Source of the DNA: Patescibacteria group bacterium
GTDB taxonomy: Bacteria; Patescibacteriota; Minisyncoccia; Phycocordibacterales; Phycocordibacteraceae
Direction: 5' to 3'
Assembly: GCA_038064595.1 (NCBI GenBank)
Contig: JBBTSV010000003.1
Coordinates: 41,150-105,149 of the forward strand
Length of the DNA stretch: 64,000 nt
Position 1 is the stretch's first letter. Each line of letters begins with the position of its first letter. The position numbers and the translations under genes are program-made. The notes beneath the pieces were generated by a model that was not told where the DNA came from, made no database searches, and saw nothing but the letters and a program-made list of their open reading frames with translations. This document shows, piece by piece, positions 50,148 through 60,183 of this stretch.

Positions 50148-51473
50148 ATGACAGATCAGAACCTCATGGAGAAGATCGTCTCGCTCTGTAAGCGCCGGGG
50201 CTTTGTTTTCCCGGGCTCCGAGATCTACGGCGGTCTCGCCGGCACGTATGATTATGGGCCCATGGGTGTGGTGCTGAAAGAAAATGTCGAGCGTCTCTGG
50301 CTCCAGATGTTTCGTGACAGTCGAGACGATATGTACGGTGTCGATGCCTCGATTTTAATGAATCCAAAAGTATGGGAATCATCAGGTCATGTCGCCGGAT
50401 TCTCTGATCCGCTAGTGGAATGCGAGAAATGTCACCATCGCTTCCGCGCTGATCAACTAGACGACCCAACAAAATGCACGGACTGTGGAGGAAAACTTGG
50501 TGGGGCGCGCCAATTTAATATGATGTTCGCGACGAAGGCAGGAGCGTCAGAAGATGATTCTGCGACCGTATATCTTCGACCCGAAACAGCCGGTGGCATC
50601 TTCACGAACTTCAAGAACGTAGTCGACGCACTTCACCCGAAGTTGCCTTTCGGTATTGCGCAGATAGGGAAGGCGTTCCGCAATGAGATTGCGCCGCGTG
50701 ATTTCATCTTTCGCTTGCGCGAGCTGGTTGCGATGGAAGTCGAGTATTTCGTAAGGCCCGACCAATGGGAGCTTGCGTTCGAGGAATGGCGCAACATTAT
50801 GCATGCCTATGCAGATGCGGTAGGAATCCCGAGTGGCATGGTACATGAGCTCGAAGTGTCGGACAGCGATCGTGCCCACTACTCGAAGCGTACTATCGAT
50901 TTTGAATTCGACTACCCATTCGGCAGAAAAGAACTGTGGGGACTCGCGTACCGCACGGATTTCGATCTCTCGGCCCATCAGACGGGCTCGAGCGTGAATC
51001 TCGAATATCAGGACGAAGAAACGAAGAGCAAATTTATTCCACACGTGATTGAACCAGCTCTTGGTGTTGATCGCACTATTCTCGCAATCCTGACAAGCGC
51101 CTATCGCGAAGATGAGCTCGGCGGTGAGGTGCGCACCTATCTCGCACTCGCGCCCAAGATCGCACCGGTCAAAGCGATGGTCTCGCCACTTCTTAAGAAC
51201 AAGCCCGAGCTCGTTGAGAAGGCGCGCGAAGTGAGGAAGGAGTTACAAAAAGTGCATCCGGCGATAGCGTGGGACGACAACGGCAACATCGGCAAACGCT
51301 ACCGTCGTCAAGACGAGATCGGCACACCCTTCTGTATCACCGTCGACTTCGACACTCTTGGCGAATCTCCTGATCTTAAGGACACCATCACCCTACGTCA
51401 TCGCGATACGGGTGAACAGGAACGTCTCACGATCGTCGAAGTAGCTGACCGACTCCGCTCCGCCCTCGCGTAA
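50148..51473 (+). CDS. glyQS: Glycine--tRNA ligase (alpha2 type)
   Basis: KRRGFVFPGSEIYGG, YLRPETA, GKAFRNEI, IGKRYRRQDEIGTP. Confidence 0.97.
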   Translation: MTDQNLMEKIVSLCKRRGFVFPGSEIYGGLAGTYDYGPMGVVLKENVERLWLQMFRDSRDDMYGVDASILMNPKVWESSGHVAGFSDPLVECEKCHHRFRADQLDDPTKCTDCGGKLGGARQFNMMFATKAGASEDDSATVYLRPETAGGIFTNFKNVVDALHPKLPFGIAQIGKAFRNEIAPRDFIFRLRELVAMEVEYFVRPDQWELAFEEWRNIMHAYADAVGIPSGMVHELEVSDSDRAHYSKRTIDFEFDYPFGRKELWGLAYRTDFDLSAHQTGSSVNLEYQDEETKSKFIPHVIEPALGVDRTILAILTSAYREDELGGEVRTYLALAPKIAPVKAMVSPLLKNKPELVEKAREVRKELQKVHPAIAWDDNGNIGKRYRRQDEIGTPFCITVDFDTLGESPDLKDTITLRHRDTGEQERLTIVEVADRLRSALA

Positions 51474-51514
51474 GCGTCTGCCCCTGGCCCGGGCAGATAT
51501 GTTAGGATGCCCCT

Positions 51515-52558
51515 ATGGGAAAGGAGATTAGGATTTCTATCACATCAGGCACCCTCCTGACCGCGCTTGCTGTCGGGGTGGGGGCCTACCTCTTCTGGCT
51601 TCTGCGCGACCTCGTGCTCTTGGTGCTTACCGCGATCATCATCGCTTCAGCGATCGAGCCGTGGATTGCCTTTTTTATCCGTTACCGCATCCCGCGTTTT
51701 GTGAGCGCACTCTTGGTCTACGGGATACTGTTTGGGTTCGTGTTTGGGATGCTGTACGTTTTCTTCCCGCCCGTCGTGGCTGATGCTACCGACTTCTTTT
51801 CGGCGATGCCGACGTATCTCGATACGCTCAATCTCCCCCCGACCATCACCAACTCGACCAGTTTTGTGAATACAACACAGGGCGACCAGTCATTCCTGCA
51901 TACGCTGTTATCGTTACAGTCCGTCTTTACGGCGACCTCTGAGGGGGTCGTACAGCTCATGGTGCTCTTCTTTGGTGGGCTTTTCTCCCTCCTTCTCATC
52001 ATCGTGCTCTCGTTCTACTTTGCTCTCCAGGATACGGGGGTCGACGACTTTCTGCGTCTTGTCTTGCCTGTGTCATATGAGAATTATGCAGTTGATTTGT
52101 GGCGCCGCTCACAGAAGAAGATCGGGCTCTGGATGCAGGGGCAGGTGGTGCTCTCGGTGATCGTTGGGGTTCTCGTCTACCTCGGTCTTCTCATTATTGG
52201 GGTTCCCTACGCGCTTTTGCTCGCCGTCTTTACTGCCGTTGCTGAAATCATTCCGGTGTTCGGGTCGCTTATCGCAGGCGCTCTTGCGGTGATTATCGCG
52301 TTCTCAAGTGGCGGAGTCCCTCTCGGGTTAGTTGTTGCGGGGCTCTACGTCGTCGTCAACCAGTTTGAGTCGAATCTCATCTATCCGCTTATCGTGAAGA
52401 AGATCGTGGGTATTCCCCCGCTTCTCGTCATCGTGGCACTTATCGCAGGGTACACGCTTGCGGGTCCTTTGGGTGTGGTGCTCTCGGTACCAGTGGCGGC
52501 TGTCGTGCTTGAATTTATTACTGATTTCGACAAGCGCAAGCGCAAAGCAGCAGCGTAA
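51515..52558 (+). CDS. AI-2E family transporter
   Basis: Multi-TM; W..GQ, IPVFG, QFESNLIYP. Confidence 0.88.
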   Translation: MGKEIRISITSGTLLTALAVGVGAYLFWLLRDLVLLVLTAIIIASAIEPWIAFFIRYRIPRFVSALLVYGILFGFVFGMLYVFFPPVVADATDFFSAMPTYLDTLNLPPTITNSTSFVNTTQGDQSFLHTLLSLQSVFTATSEGVVQLMVLFFGGLFSLLLIIVLSFYFALQDTGVDDFLRLVLPVSYENYAVDLWRRSQKKIGLWMQGQVVLSVIVGVLVYLGLLIIGVPYALLLAVFTAVAEIIPVFGSLIAGALAVIIAFSSGGVPLGLVVAGLYVVVNQFESNLIYPLIVKKIVGIPPLLVIVALIAGYTLAGPLGVVLSVPVAAVVLEFITDFDKRKRKAAA

Positions 52559-52562
52559 CATC

Positions 52563-53996
52563 ATGAGTGCTCGCTATCTCACCACCACGCTCCCGTATGT
52601 GAACGCCGATCCGCATATCGGCTTTGCGCTTGAGACGGTGCAGGCTGACGCGCTCGCACGCAGCTGGCGCCTCGCTGGAGAGGAGGTCTTTTTCTCCATG
52701 GGGACCGATGAGCACGGACAGAAGATATTTGATGCGTCGGTCAAAGCAGGACAAGACGTGCAGGCCTACGTCGATCACTATGCAGAAGAGGTGCACAAGC
52801 TCACCGGCGCGCTCAATCTCGAGATCGACGGCTTCATCCGCACCACCAGCCCCGAGCACAAAGCGGCAGCCCAGGAGATGTGGCGCCGCTGTGCCGATGC
52901 GGGAGATATTTATAAAAAGACGTATACCGGCACCTACTGCGTCGGCTGCGAGTCATTTAAGACCGAGAGAGATCTTGTGGAGGGGAAGTGCCCCTTGCAC
53001 CCTTCGCTCACGCCCGAGACAGTCTCCGAAGAGAATCACTTCTTCAAATTCGCAAAGTATCAGGATCGCTTGCTTGAGTATCTCACGCGGAGGGACAGCA
53101 TCATCCCCGAGTGGCGTCGTGAAGAGGCGATCGCTTTTGTGAAGAGCGGCCTTGAAGATTTCAGTATCTCGCGGGAGAAGAAGCGTCTCACGTGGGGCGT
53201 GCCGGTGCCCGGGGACGACGAACAGGTTATGTACGTTTGGTTTGATGCACTCACGAGCTACCTCTCCACGCTTGGGTGGCCTACCGATGCAGAAGGAAAG
53301 TTTAAAAAGTTTTGGGAAGAGGGCGCGACGCTCCAGATGGCGGGGAAGGACCAAGTGCGCTTCCAATCCCTCATGTGGCAGGCCATGCTTTTCTCGGCAG
53401 GCATTAAGAATACCGACCACGTGTTTTATCACGGGTTCATCAACTCGGGCGGACAGCGGATGAGCAAATCTTTGGGGAACGTCATCAGCCCGTATGACCT
53501 AGTGAAGAAATATGGTACTGATGCCACCCGCTATATCCTCCTGCGTCACGTGCACCCAGTCGAAGATTCTGACGTTACGTGGGAGCGTCTCGACGAGTGG
53601 TATACCGCCAACCTTGTGAATGGGCTCGGCAACCTCGTCGCTCGCGTGATGCAGCTCGCGGAGACGAATTTAACCAAGCCAGTTGCGCGCCTAGAGGAGT
53701 CGCCCTTTGCCGAGGAGTACTGGAGTGCGCTCGGCGCATTTGAGTTCAGTCGTGTTATGGACTCGATCTGGGCACGGATACAGAAGCTCGACGAGCGTAT
53801 CACAAGCGAGAAGCCGTTCGCGCTGGTGAAAGAAGATGCCGAGAAAGGTCGAGCCCTCATTGCTGACATGGTCGTTGAGGTCTACCAGATCGCACGGCTC
53901 CTCAGCCCCTTCATGCCCGCAACAAACGAGATTATTAAAAAAGCGGTTCTTGAGAACAAAAAGCCCGAGAATCTTTTTCCACGTTTGACTGTATGA
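52563..53996 (+). CDS. metG: Methionine--tRNA ligase (no C-terminal tRNA-binding domain)
   Basis: YVNADPHIG, GTDEHGQK, YVWFDAL, GKD, MSKSLGN. Confidence 0.96.
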   Translation: MSARYLTTTLPYVNADPHIGFALETVQADALARSWRLAGEEVFFSMGTDEHGQKIFDASVKAGQDVQAYVDHYAEEVHKLTGALNLEIDGFIRTTSPEHKAAAQEMWRRCADAGDIYKKTYTGTYCVGCESFKTERDLVEGKCPLHPSLTPETVSEENHFFKFAKYQDRLLEYLTRRDSIIPEWRREEAIAFVKSGLEDFSISREKKRLTWGVPVPGDDEQVMYVWFDALTSYLSTLGWPTDAEGKFKKFWEEGATLQMAGKDQVRFQSLMWQAMLFSAGIKNTDHVFYHGFINSGGQRMSKSLGNVISPYDLVKKYGTDATRYILLRHVHPVEDSDVTWERLDEWYTANLVNGLGNLVARVMQLAETNLTKPVARLEESPFAEEYWSALGAFEFSRVMDSIWARIQKLDERITSEKPFALVKEDAEKGRALIADMVVEVYQIARLLSPFMPATNEIIKKAVLENKKPENLFPRLTV

Positions 53997-54793
53997 ACGT
54001 GAAGTATGTGGATGCGCACTGTCACATCCAATTTGATCAGTATCAAGAAGATCAAACAGAGCTCATCGAGCGGATGAAGGAAGAGGGCGTGCAGGGCATT
54101 GTTGTGGGCTGCAATCGGGAGAGCTCCGAGCGCGCTCTTGCGCTCGCTGAAAAACATGAGCACCTCTATGCGTCAGCTGGCCTACACCCCAACCGCGAGA
54201 ACGATGAAAGGTATGATATATCATACCAGCGAGAACTTGCGATGAATCCACTCGTGGTGGCGATAGGGGAGTGTGGCCTCGATTATTTTCGCCCCACGGA
54301 AGTGAATGATGCGGTAAAAGAGAGTCAAAAAGAATTATTGAAACAGCAGATTGCGCTCGCCGCCGAGCTCGATAAGCCGCTTATCATCCACTCTCGCCCA
54401 AGCAAGGGCACCCAAGATGCGTATCACGATTTGATTGAGATATTGACTGAAGCGAAGCAACAGCACCCCAACGTGCGCGGCGATATCCACTTCTTTGTGG
54501 GAGGCATTACTGAAGCGCAGGCGCTCATCGCGCTCGGTTTTACCCTCTCCTTCACCGCGGTGATAACCTTCACCCGCGACTATGACGAGGTAATCCGCTC
54601 GGTCCCGCTCGCCTCTATCCTCTCCGAGACAGACGCGCCCTATGTCGCACCGCTCGCGCGGCGCGGGCAGCGTAACGACCCCCTCGCCGTCATCGACGTC
54701 GTCGCCCAGATCGCCGCTATCCGCGGTGAAGACCCTGAAACCGTCCGTCAAACCCTCGCCGAGAACTCCAAACGCCTGTTTTTGCTCGGATAA
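53993..54793 (+). CDS. tatD: TatD family DNase
   Basis: DAHCH, GLHP, IGECGLDY, IIHSR, ETDAPY. Confidence 0.95.
   Translation: MNVKYVDAHCHIQFDQYQEDQTELIERMKEEGVQGIVVGCNRESSERALALAEKHEHLYASAGLHPNRENDERYDISYQRELAMNPLVVAIGECGLDYFRPTEVNDAVKESQKELLKQQIALAAELDKPLIIHSRPSKGTQDAYHDLIEILTEAKQQHPNVRGDIHFFVGGITEAQALIALGFTLSFTAVITFTRDYDEVIRSVPLASILSETDAPYVAPLARRGQRNDPLAVIDVVAQIAAIRGEDPETVRQTLAENSKRLFLLG
54210..54227. repeat. Palindrome copy 4 (inside tatD)
   Basis: Exact GGTATGATATATCATACC, read in another frame as RYDISYQ. Confidence 0.85.
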
Positions 54794-54838
54794 GGGGCTC
54801 TTGCTATGGGGTAAATCGCGTGGTAGGATGTCGCTATT

Positions 54839-55333
54839 ATGGCTAAAAATAAGGATGCAGAGGTGAGTATGGACGATGTTGATGCGATCGGGAGTGATCC
54901 GCGTGTCTACGAGCTCGGCTTTCATCTTGATCCGGAGCTCCCGAGCGAGGAGGTTAAAAAGGCCTATCAGGCCGTGCGTGGGATGATCGCTGATGCGGGC
55001 ACCGTGGTCGCTGAGGGCGAGCCACACAAGATCCAACTCGCCTACACGATCTCCCGCCAAGAAGTAGGAGGGCGCCGCGACTTTGATAGCGCCCACTTCT
55101 CCTGGATCGCCTACGAGACGACTCCCGATAAGCATGCCGAGGTGATCGCTGCTGCGGGAGCGAATAAGCAGATCATTCGCTTCATCGATCTCATCACAAC
55201 CAAAGATGCGGCGCGTCACGCGGTCGAGATGCAGGAGATCGCGCTCACGATGCCGGAGCAGATCGAGGAGGAGCCGGATGCTCCTGCTGCGGGAGCTGAA
55301 CTCGATGCAGTCCTTGAGAAGGTCACCCTCTAA
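54839..55333 (+). CDS. rpsF: 30S ribosomal protein S6
   Basis: YELGFHLDP, LAYTI, IIRF; precedes ssb-rpsR. Confidence 0.85.
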   Translation: MAKNKDAEVSMDDVDAIGSDPRVYELGFHLDPELPSEEVKKAYQAVRGMIADAGTVVAEGEPHKIQLAYTISRQEVGGRRDFDSAHFSWIAYETTPDKHAEVIAAAGANKQIIRFIDLITTKDAARHAVEMQEIALTMPEQIEEEPDAPAAGAELDAVLEKVTL

Positions 55334-55336
55334 AAT

Positions 55337-55792
55337 ATGTACCTCAACAAAGCATTTCTCTACGGCAATCTCACTCGCGACCCAGAATTAAAGGCGCTCC
55401 CATCAGGTGGGCAGGTCGCCAGCTTCGGTATCGCGACCAACCGCACCTATAAGGACAAGAATGGTGCCAAGCAGGAAGCGACCGAGTTCCATAATATCGT
55501 TGCGTTCGGTCGCACGGCTGAAGTTATCGCGCAGTATATGAAGAAAGGTCGCCCGATCTTTGTTGAAGGTCGGATCCAGACCCGCTCATGGGATGACAAA
55601 GAGACGGGTAAGAAGAACTACCGCACCGAGATCGTCGTCGACAACTTCCAGTTTGGCGCCGATGCCAAGGGCGGTCCCTCGACAGGCTCTGGGCAAGCAG
55701 CCGGTACATCAGATGAACACTCGGCGCCGAGCGAGGGCGAGACGATCAAGTATCCAGACGAGGAGATCAACCCAGAAGACATTCCTTTTTAA
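55337..55792 (+). CDS. ssb: Single-stranded DNA-binding protein
   Basis: NKAFLYGNLTRDPE, VEGRIQTRSW, C-terminal DIPF. Confidence 0.97.
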   Translation: MYLNKAFLYGNLTRDPELKALPSGGQVASFGIATNRTYKDKNGAKQEATEFHNIVAFGRTAEVIAQYMKKGRPIFVEGRIQTRSWDDKETGKKNYRTEIVVDNFQFGADAKGGPSTGSGQAAGTSDEHSAPSEGETIKYPDEEINPEDIPF

Positions 55793-55801
55793 TTTATTAC
55801 C

Positions 55802-56008
55802 ATGGCCTACCAAGCAGAGCGCGAAGAGATTGAGATTAAGAAGTTTATCGACTACAAAGACGTTGCGTATCTACGCCAGTTCACCAATGCACACGCCAAG
55901 ATGCTCGCGAAGAAGCGTACCGGAATCCCGGCGCTGAAGCAGCGTGAGATTATGCAAGCCGTGAAGCACGCTCGCTACATGGCGCTCCTCCCCTACGTCG
56001 CTGCGTAA
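55802..56008 (+). CDS. rpsR: 30S ribosomal protein S18
   Basis: IDYKDV..LRQF, QR....AVK.ARYMALLPY. Confidence 0.95.
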   Translation: MAYQAEREEIEIKKFIDYKDVAYLRQFTNAHAKMLAKKRTGIPALKQREIMQAVKHARYMALLPYVAA

Positions 56009-56013
56009 GTAAA

Positions 56014-56048
56014 AAACAAAAGCCGCTCGGAGAGAGCGGCTTTTGTTT
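56014..56048. terminator. Bidirectional terminator
   Basis: aaacaaaagccgctc-ggaga-gagcggcttttgttt. Confidence 0.85.
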
Positions 56049-56049
56049 G

Positions 56050-56625
56050 TTATGCTTTCTCGACGCGCTCGGTGTACTCGCCCGTGTCGGTATTGATGCG
56101 GATGATGTCGCCCGGATTGATGAAGAGGGGAACGTTCACCTTGGCTCCAGTGACGAGCTCGGCGAGCTTGGTCCCGCCAGAGACCGTGTTGCCCTTCACC
56201 GCGGGCGGCGCATCTTTGACCTCAAGCTCCACCTTGATAGGGATTTTGATCGTCATAGGCTTTTCTTCGTAGGTGAGGACCTCGACCACGTCATTTTGTT
56301 TAAGCCACTGGACCTGATCGTGTACCTGGTCGAGCTGGAAGGAGAAACGATTCTTCGGGTTTCCCTCCTCGGCAAACCAACTTTCCTTACTATTAGAATA
56401 GAGGTAGACGGCATTCATCCGCTCTGTGTCGGCCTCCTCTGCCGTCTCGTTTGAGTGAAAGGAGATCTCCAAGACGCTGCCGGTGACCATGTTGCGCAAC
56501 CGCGTCTGATTGACCGGCTTGCGCTTCTGCATGCGGAAGATATGGGCCGAAAGTACCTCGTAGGGGGCGCCGTTATAGGTGATTATTTTCTTCGGGAGGA
56601 TTTCGTTGTAGGAGAGTACGGCCAT
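56050..56625 (-). CDS. efp: Elongation factor P with non-canonical tip loop
   Basis: PAVKGNT, K.A.LVTG..V.VPLFI..GD.I.INT..GEY.ER. Confidence 0.92.
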   Translation of the reverse strand: MAVLSYNEILPKKIITYNGAPYEVLSAHIFRMQKRKPVNQTRLRNMVTGSVLEISFHSNETAEEADTERMNAVYLYSNSKESWFAEEGNPKNRFSFQLDQVHDQVQWLKQNDVVEVLTYEEKPMTIKIPIKVELEVKDAPPAVKGNTVSGGTKLAELVTGAKVNVPLFINPGDIIRINTDTGEYTERVEKA

Positions 56626-56736
56626 AGGGCTGAAACTAGGGGCGAATAAAAGAGGTTATAAAAAGTACCCGCCTCCGCGGAGCTCCGGCGAGGCGGGCCA
56701 CACAAAACGGATAATTCCTGTATGCTAGCAGACACC

Positions 56737-57315
56737 ATGAGTTTTTCAACCACCGAGCTTGCGACCCTCTCTGACGCCGAGATTCTCGCGCGCTCACAGA
56801 AGGAGCCAGACCTCTTTGCCATCCTCGTTCGCCGCTATGAGGCGCCGCTGCTGCGCCGCGCCCGCACCATCCTCAAGAGCCCCGAGGATGCTGAAGAGGT
56901 CGTCCAGGACGCCTTTACCAAGATGTATCTCTATGCCGATAAATACCAGCCCCAAGAGGGCGCGACGTTTTCATCCTGGGCGTATACGATTCTCAACCGG
57001 GTCGCCTATACGAAGTATCGCTCCAAAAGCCAAGAGTGGGGCAAGCGTGCAGAACTCTTGCCCGAGCACTACGAGTCACTTCCAGACGCTCGTGCGGAGT
57101 TTCTTGAAGATCTCTCGATTAGAAATGAGGTGATCGCGGCACTCGCTAAATTGCCCGAGGCTGCGGCGAAGATTTTAAGACTTCAGTTTATAGAAGGGAA
57201 GACTCAAGAGGAGATTGCGCGTGTCGAGGATCTCTCGATACCAGCGGTGAAGACGCGCGTGCATCGCGCCAAGAAATTATTTAAAGAAGCGTATGATGAA
57301 CAACACCATGACTGA
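56737..57315 (+). CDS. ECF RNA polymerase sigma factor
   Basis: DAEEVVQDAF, FSSWAYTI, EEIA....IPAVKTRVHRA. Confidence 0.92.
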   Translation: MSFSTTELATLSDAEILARSQKEPDLFAILVRRYEAPLLRRARTILKSPEDAEEVVQDAFTKMYLYADKYQPQEGATFSSWAYTILNRVAYTKYRSKSQEWGKRAELLPEHYESLPDARAEFLEDLSIRNEVIAALAKLPEAAAKILRLQFIEGKTQEEIARVEDLSIPAVKTRVHRAKKLFKEAYDEQHHD

Positions 57316-57637
57316 ACAGCGATCAGAGATTGAGCGTATCGTGATGCAGCGCGTCCACCTTATTCGTGCGCTGCGCGTCGCGATCTCCGGCGGGGTACTC
57401 TCCACCCTTGTCTCCTTCCTCGCAATCTGGGGGATCGGGAAGCAGGTGTGGGTCGCTCGTGTGCTTGAGAACGCGCCCAAGGATCCCCTCGCACTTCCGC
57501 ACTTCTACTGGGCAGCCTTTGACCACACCACGCTCGCGGTGCAGGCTCTCGTGGTTGTTATGGCGATCTGCTTTCTCATCATCGCGCGCGAGATCGCCCG
57601 CGCCATCACGATCGTCACTAACCCCGAGAGTATCTAG
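57308..57637 (+). CDS. Small 2-TM protein, possible anti-sigma factor
   Basis: Overlaps the sigma factor stop codon; two hydrophobic helices. Confidence 0.55.
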   Translation: MTEQRSEIERIVMQRVHLIRALRVAISGGVLSTLVSFLAIWGIGKQVWVARVLENAPKDPLALPHFYWAAFDHTTLAVQALVVVMAICFLIIAREIARAITIVTNPESI

Positions 57638-57678
57638 TGCAGTGTCGGACATAATTTTCCACAATCGTTCATAACGTC

Positions 57679-57718
57679 ATGTACCTTCCTTTACGCTATA
57701 GCGTAGAATAAGGTACAT
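57679..57718. repeat. 40-bp palindromic repeat, copy A
   Basis: ATGTACCTTCCTTTACGCTATAGCGTAGAATAAGGTACAT. Confidence 0.85.
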
Positions 57719-58367
57719 GAGAGTTGGTAAGACAAATACAAAAGATGAACGTACCCCAACGCATAGGAATATTGGAAAAGTTATTGCGCGCGGGCGCGGG
57801 AATCGGCGCGTGCCGCTCCAAACGATTATCCTTGGAACAGTAGCGGTGACTGGTGTTCTTGCGGTCGGACTCGTTGCGCCAAGCACACTGCGTCTTTTTG
57901 AATACCTCATTCCCACATCTCGCAAAAATACGATTCGATTCAATCAGCGCATTACCCAGGCGCTCCTTCGACTTGAGCGACGTGGGCTGATCCAGATAAC
58001 TGGAGAGGGAAGAAAGCGAGAAGTACACCTGACCTCGCAGGGCGAAAGTATCATTGATGCGCTGTATGCAGGGGCATACGTCATCCCTCTGCCTCTTCGT
58101 TGGGACGGGAAATGGCGGCTCGTGATGTTCGATGTGCCCGAGCAACGAAAAAAAGTCCGCGACACGCTCCGCCTCCTCTTACGGAGCGCCGGGTTTATCC
58201 GTTTTCAAGACAGTGCGTGGATACAGCCGTATCCGTGTGATGAGCTTGTAACCCTCCTGCGCTCGCATCTTGGGAGTGGAAAAGGGGAGATACGATATCT
58301 CGTCGCCTCCTTTGCCGATGAGAGTGACTTTGCTTTTCGCAAGCACTTCGACCTTGTCGTGGGCTAA
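57717..58367 (+). CDS. PaaX-like protein (wHTH + Cas2-like ferredoxin domain)
   Basis: LLRLERRGLI...HLTSQG; WDGKWRLVMFDVPE..KKVRD.LR..L...GF..FQDSAW. Confidence 0.85.
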   Translation: MRVGKTNTKDERTPTHRNIGKVIARGRGNRRVPLQTIILGTVAVTGVLAVGLVAPSTLRLFEYLIPTSRKNTIRFNQRITQALLRLERRGLIQITGEGRKREVHLTSQGESIIDALYAGAYVIPLPLRWDGKWRLVMFDVPEQRKKVRDTLRLLLRSAGFIRFQDSAWIQPYPCDELVTLLRSHLGSGKGEIRYLVASFADESDFAFRKHFDLVVG

Positions 58368-58385
58368 CAGCGCGGAGATATTTGA

Positions 58386-58425
58386 ATGTACCTTATTTCA
58401 CGCTATAGCGTAGAAGATGGTACAT
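58386..58425. repeat. 40-bp palindromic repeat, copy B
   Basis: ATGTACCTTATTTCACGCTATAGCGTAGAAGATGGTACAT. Confidence 0.85.
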
Positions 58426-58440
58426 ATTTTTATCGAATGT

Positions 58441-59121
58441 CTATGGACCGTAGAGCTCGAGGAACTTTGACTTCGATATTGAGGCAAGCGCCTTGTGTTT
58501 AGACGGATTTCTGTCGCTTACGGTAAAGCCAAATCTTTCCGCCAGTTTTGGTTGTTCAAAAATGATCCACGAATGGCCGCTCAATTCTTGAACACTCTGT
58601 AATGTCGGATCGGTAACCAAGCATCGTGCGAGTTCCTGAAGTCCGTGCCTGAACAGAGCAGACCACTCAAGGGGACGTTTTGTAAATGTTGCCGGTATAT
58701 GCAGATTGATATGCGTTTCATTCTCAAGTTCATATGATAACGCTTCATTTATAGGTATCCAGCCGCTTCGTTCTGCGTTGTGAATGCGCAATTTCTTTTC
58801 GAATTCTTCCGGAGAATTAGATCGGAGCGCAAACGTGGCGAATCGTTGTGCTACCTCATTGGTCAAATCAGCATCAGTTTCAAACTGCGTTTCGAGCACG
58901 CTTGTGATGAAGTCAGCATACTCTTCTTGTATATCGGGGAATAAACTCTGGCCCACCTCTGCGAGACGAGCAACCATGACTTTCTTTTGCGTCTCTCGGT
59001 CAGTGTCTGGCGGCATTTCGCGCACGTAGCGATCGAGCATCGATTGGAGTCGTTTCGCGAGAGTCGTAGTTGCGCGTTCCTTATCGTCTTGGGGCCCTTG
59101 TGACGGAAATTCTTCAGACAT
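58441..59121 (-). CDS. Hypothetical protein (lower GC)
   Basis: 226-aa ORF directly downstream of recA. Confidence 0.65.
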   Translation of the reverse strand: MSEEFPSQGPQDDKERATTTLAKRLQSMLDRYVREMPPDTDRETQKKVMVARLAEVGQSLFPDIQEEYADFITSVLETQFETDADLTNEVAQRFATFALRSNSPEEFEKKLRIHNAERSGWIPINEALSYELENETHINLHIPATFTKRPLEWSALFRHGLQELARCLVTDPTLQSVQELSGHSWIIFEQPKLAERFGFTVSDRNPSKHKALASISKSKFLELYGP

Positions 59122-59136
59122 TCTGTTTTCCTGACA

Positions 59137-60183
59137 TTACGCCTCCGCGAGCTTGGCTTTGATTTGCTTCAGGAGTTCTTTGGCGATGTCTTTGTTGTCG
59201 CGAAGGAAGGTGCGCGTTGCATCGTACCCGACACCGAGCTTGGTCTCACCCATGCGATAGGTCGCTCCTGACTTGGTCACGAGATCAAACTTCTCACCGA
59301 GCGCAATAAGCTCGCCCTCGCGGCTGATGCCCTCGTTATAGAGGAGATCAAACTCAGTCGTTTTAAATGGTGCCGCCACCTTATTCTTTACCACCTTCAC
59401 TCGCACGCGCCCGCCCACGACCTCTTCACCCTTCTTGATTGAAGCAATACGGCGAATATCGAGTCGTACGCTGGTATAGAACTTGAGTGCTTTACCGCCG
59501 GGCGTGGTCTCCGGGTTGCCAAACATCACCCCAATCTGCATCCGGATCTGGTTGATGAAGATGACGATGGTCTTAGAGCGCGCGGTGATAGCGGTCAATT
59601 TCCGCAGCGCTTGGCTCATGAGCCGGGCCTGCTTACCCATGTGCTGCTGACCCATCTCACCCTCGATCTCGTCTTTGGGGGTGAGTGCTGCGACTGAGTC
59701 CACCACAATGACGTCGACGTTTCCGCTTCTGACAAGACTCTCAACGATGTCGAGCGCCTGCTCGCCCGTGTCCGGCTGTGAGATAAGGAGCTCCTGGAGC
59801 TTTACTCCAATACGACGTGCGTACTCTGGATCGAGCGCGTGCTCCGCGTCGACAAAAGCAGCGATGCCGCCCGCTCTCTGCGCCTCGGCTATGACATGGA
59901 GCGCAAGTGTTGTTTTGCCCGAAGATTCTGGACCAAATATCTCAATGATGCGCCCGCAGGGGAGACCGCCGACTCCAAGCGCGGCATCCAGCCCGATCGA
60001 GCCAGTCGAGATGGCAGGAACTTTCTGTGGCGTACCAGCGCCATAGGTGGTGATCGCTTCGTCGCCGAACTTCGTGCGAATTTCCTTCAGCGCCTGGTCG
60101 ATCGATTTCTGGCGTTCGGTCTTATCTGAGCTTGCAGCGGCGAGTGTTTTGGCGACCTTTTCTTTCTTTGGCTTAATAGGCAT
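59137..60183 (-). CDS. recA: Recombinase RecA
   Basis: [41 protein letters not shown]; start taken at MPIKP. Confidence 0.98.
   Translation of the reverse strand: MPIKPKKEKVAKTLAAASSDKTERQKSIDQALKEIRTKFGDEAITTYGAGTPQKVPAISTGSIGLDAALGVGGLPCGRIIEIFGPESSGKTTLALHVIAEAQRAGGIAAFVDAEHALDPEYARRIGVKLQELLISQPDTGEQALDIVESLVRSGNVDVIVVDSVAALTPKDEIEGEMGQQHMGKQARLMSQALRKLTAITARSKTIVIFINQIRMQIGVMFGNPETTPGGKALKFYTSVRLDIRRIASIKKGEEVVGGRVRVKVVKNKVAAPFKTTEFDLLYNEGISREGELIALGEKFDLVTKSGATYRMGETKLGVGYDATRTFLRDNKDIAKELLKQIKAKLAEA

Noticed and set aside
57679-58425. CRISPR array with cas2
   Set aside because: Only two repeats, separated by a whole gene, with no spacers and no cas1. The protein is PaaX-like.
59950-59970. 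RecA GGLPCGR instead of the usual GGLP(R/K/M)GR
   Set aside because: A single substitution at a variable position, with all catalytic motifs intact.
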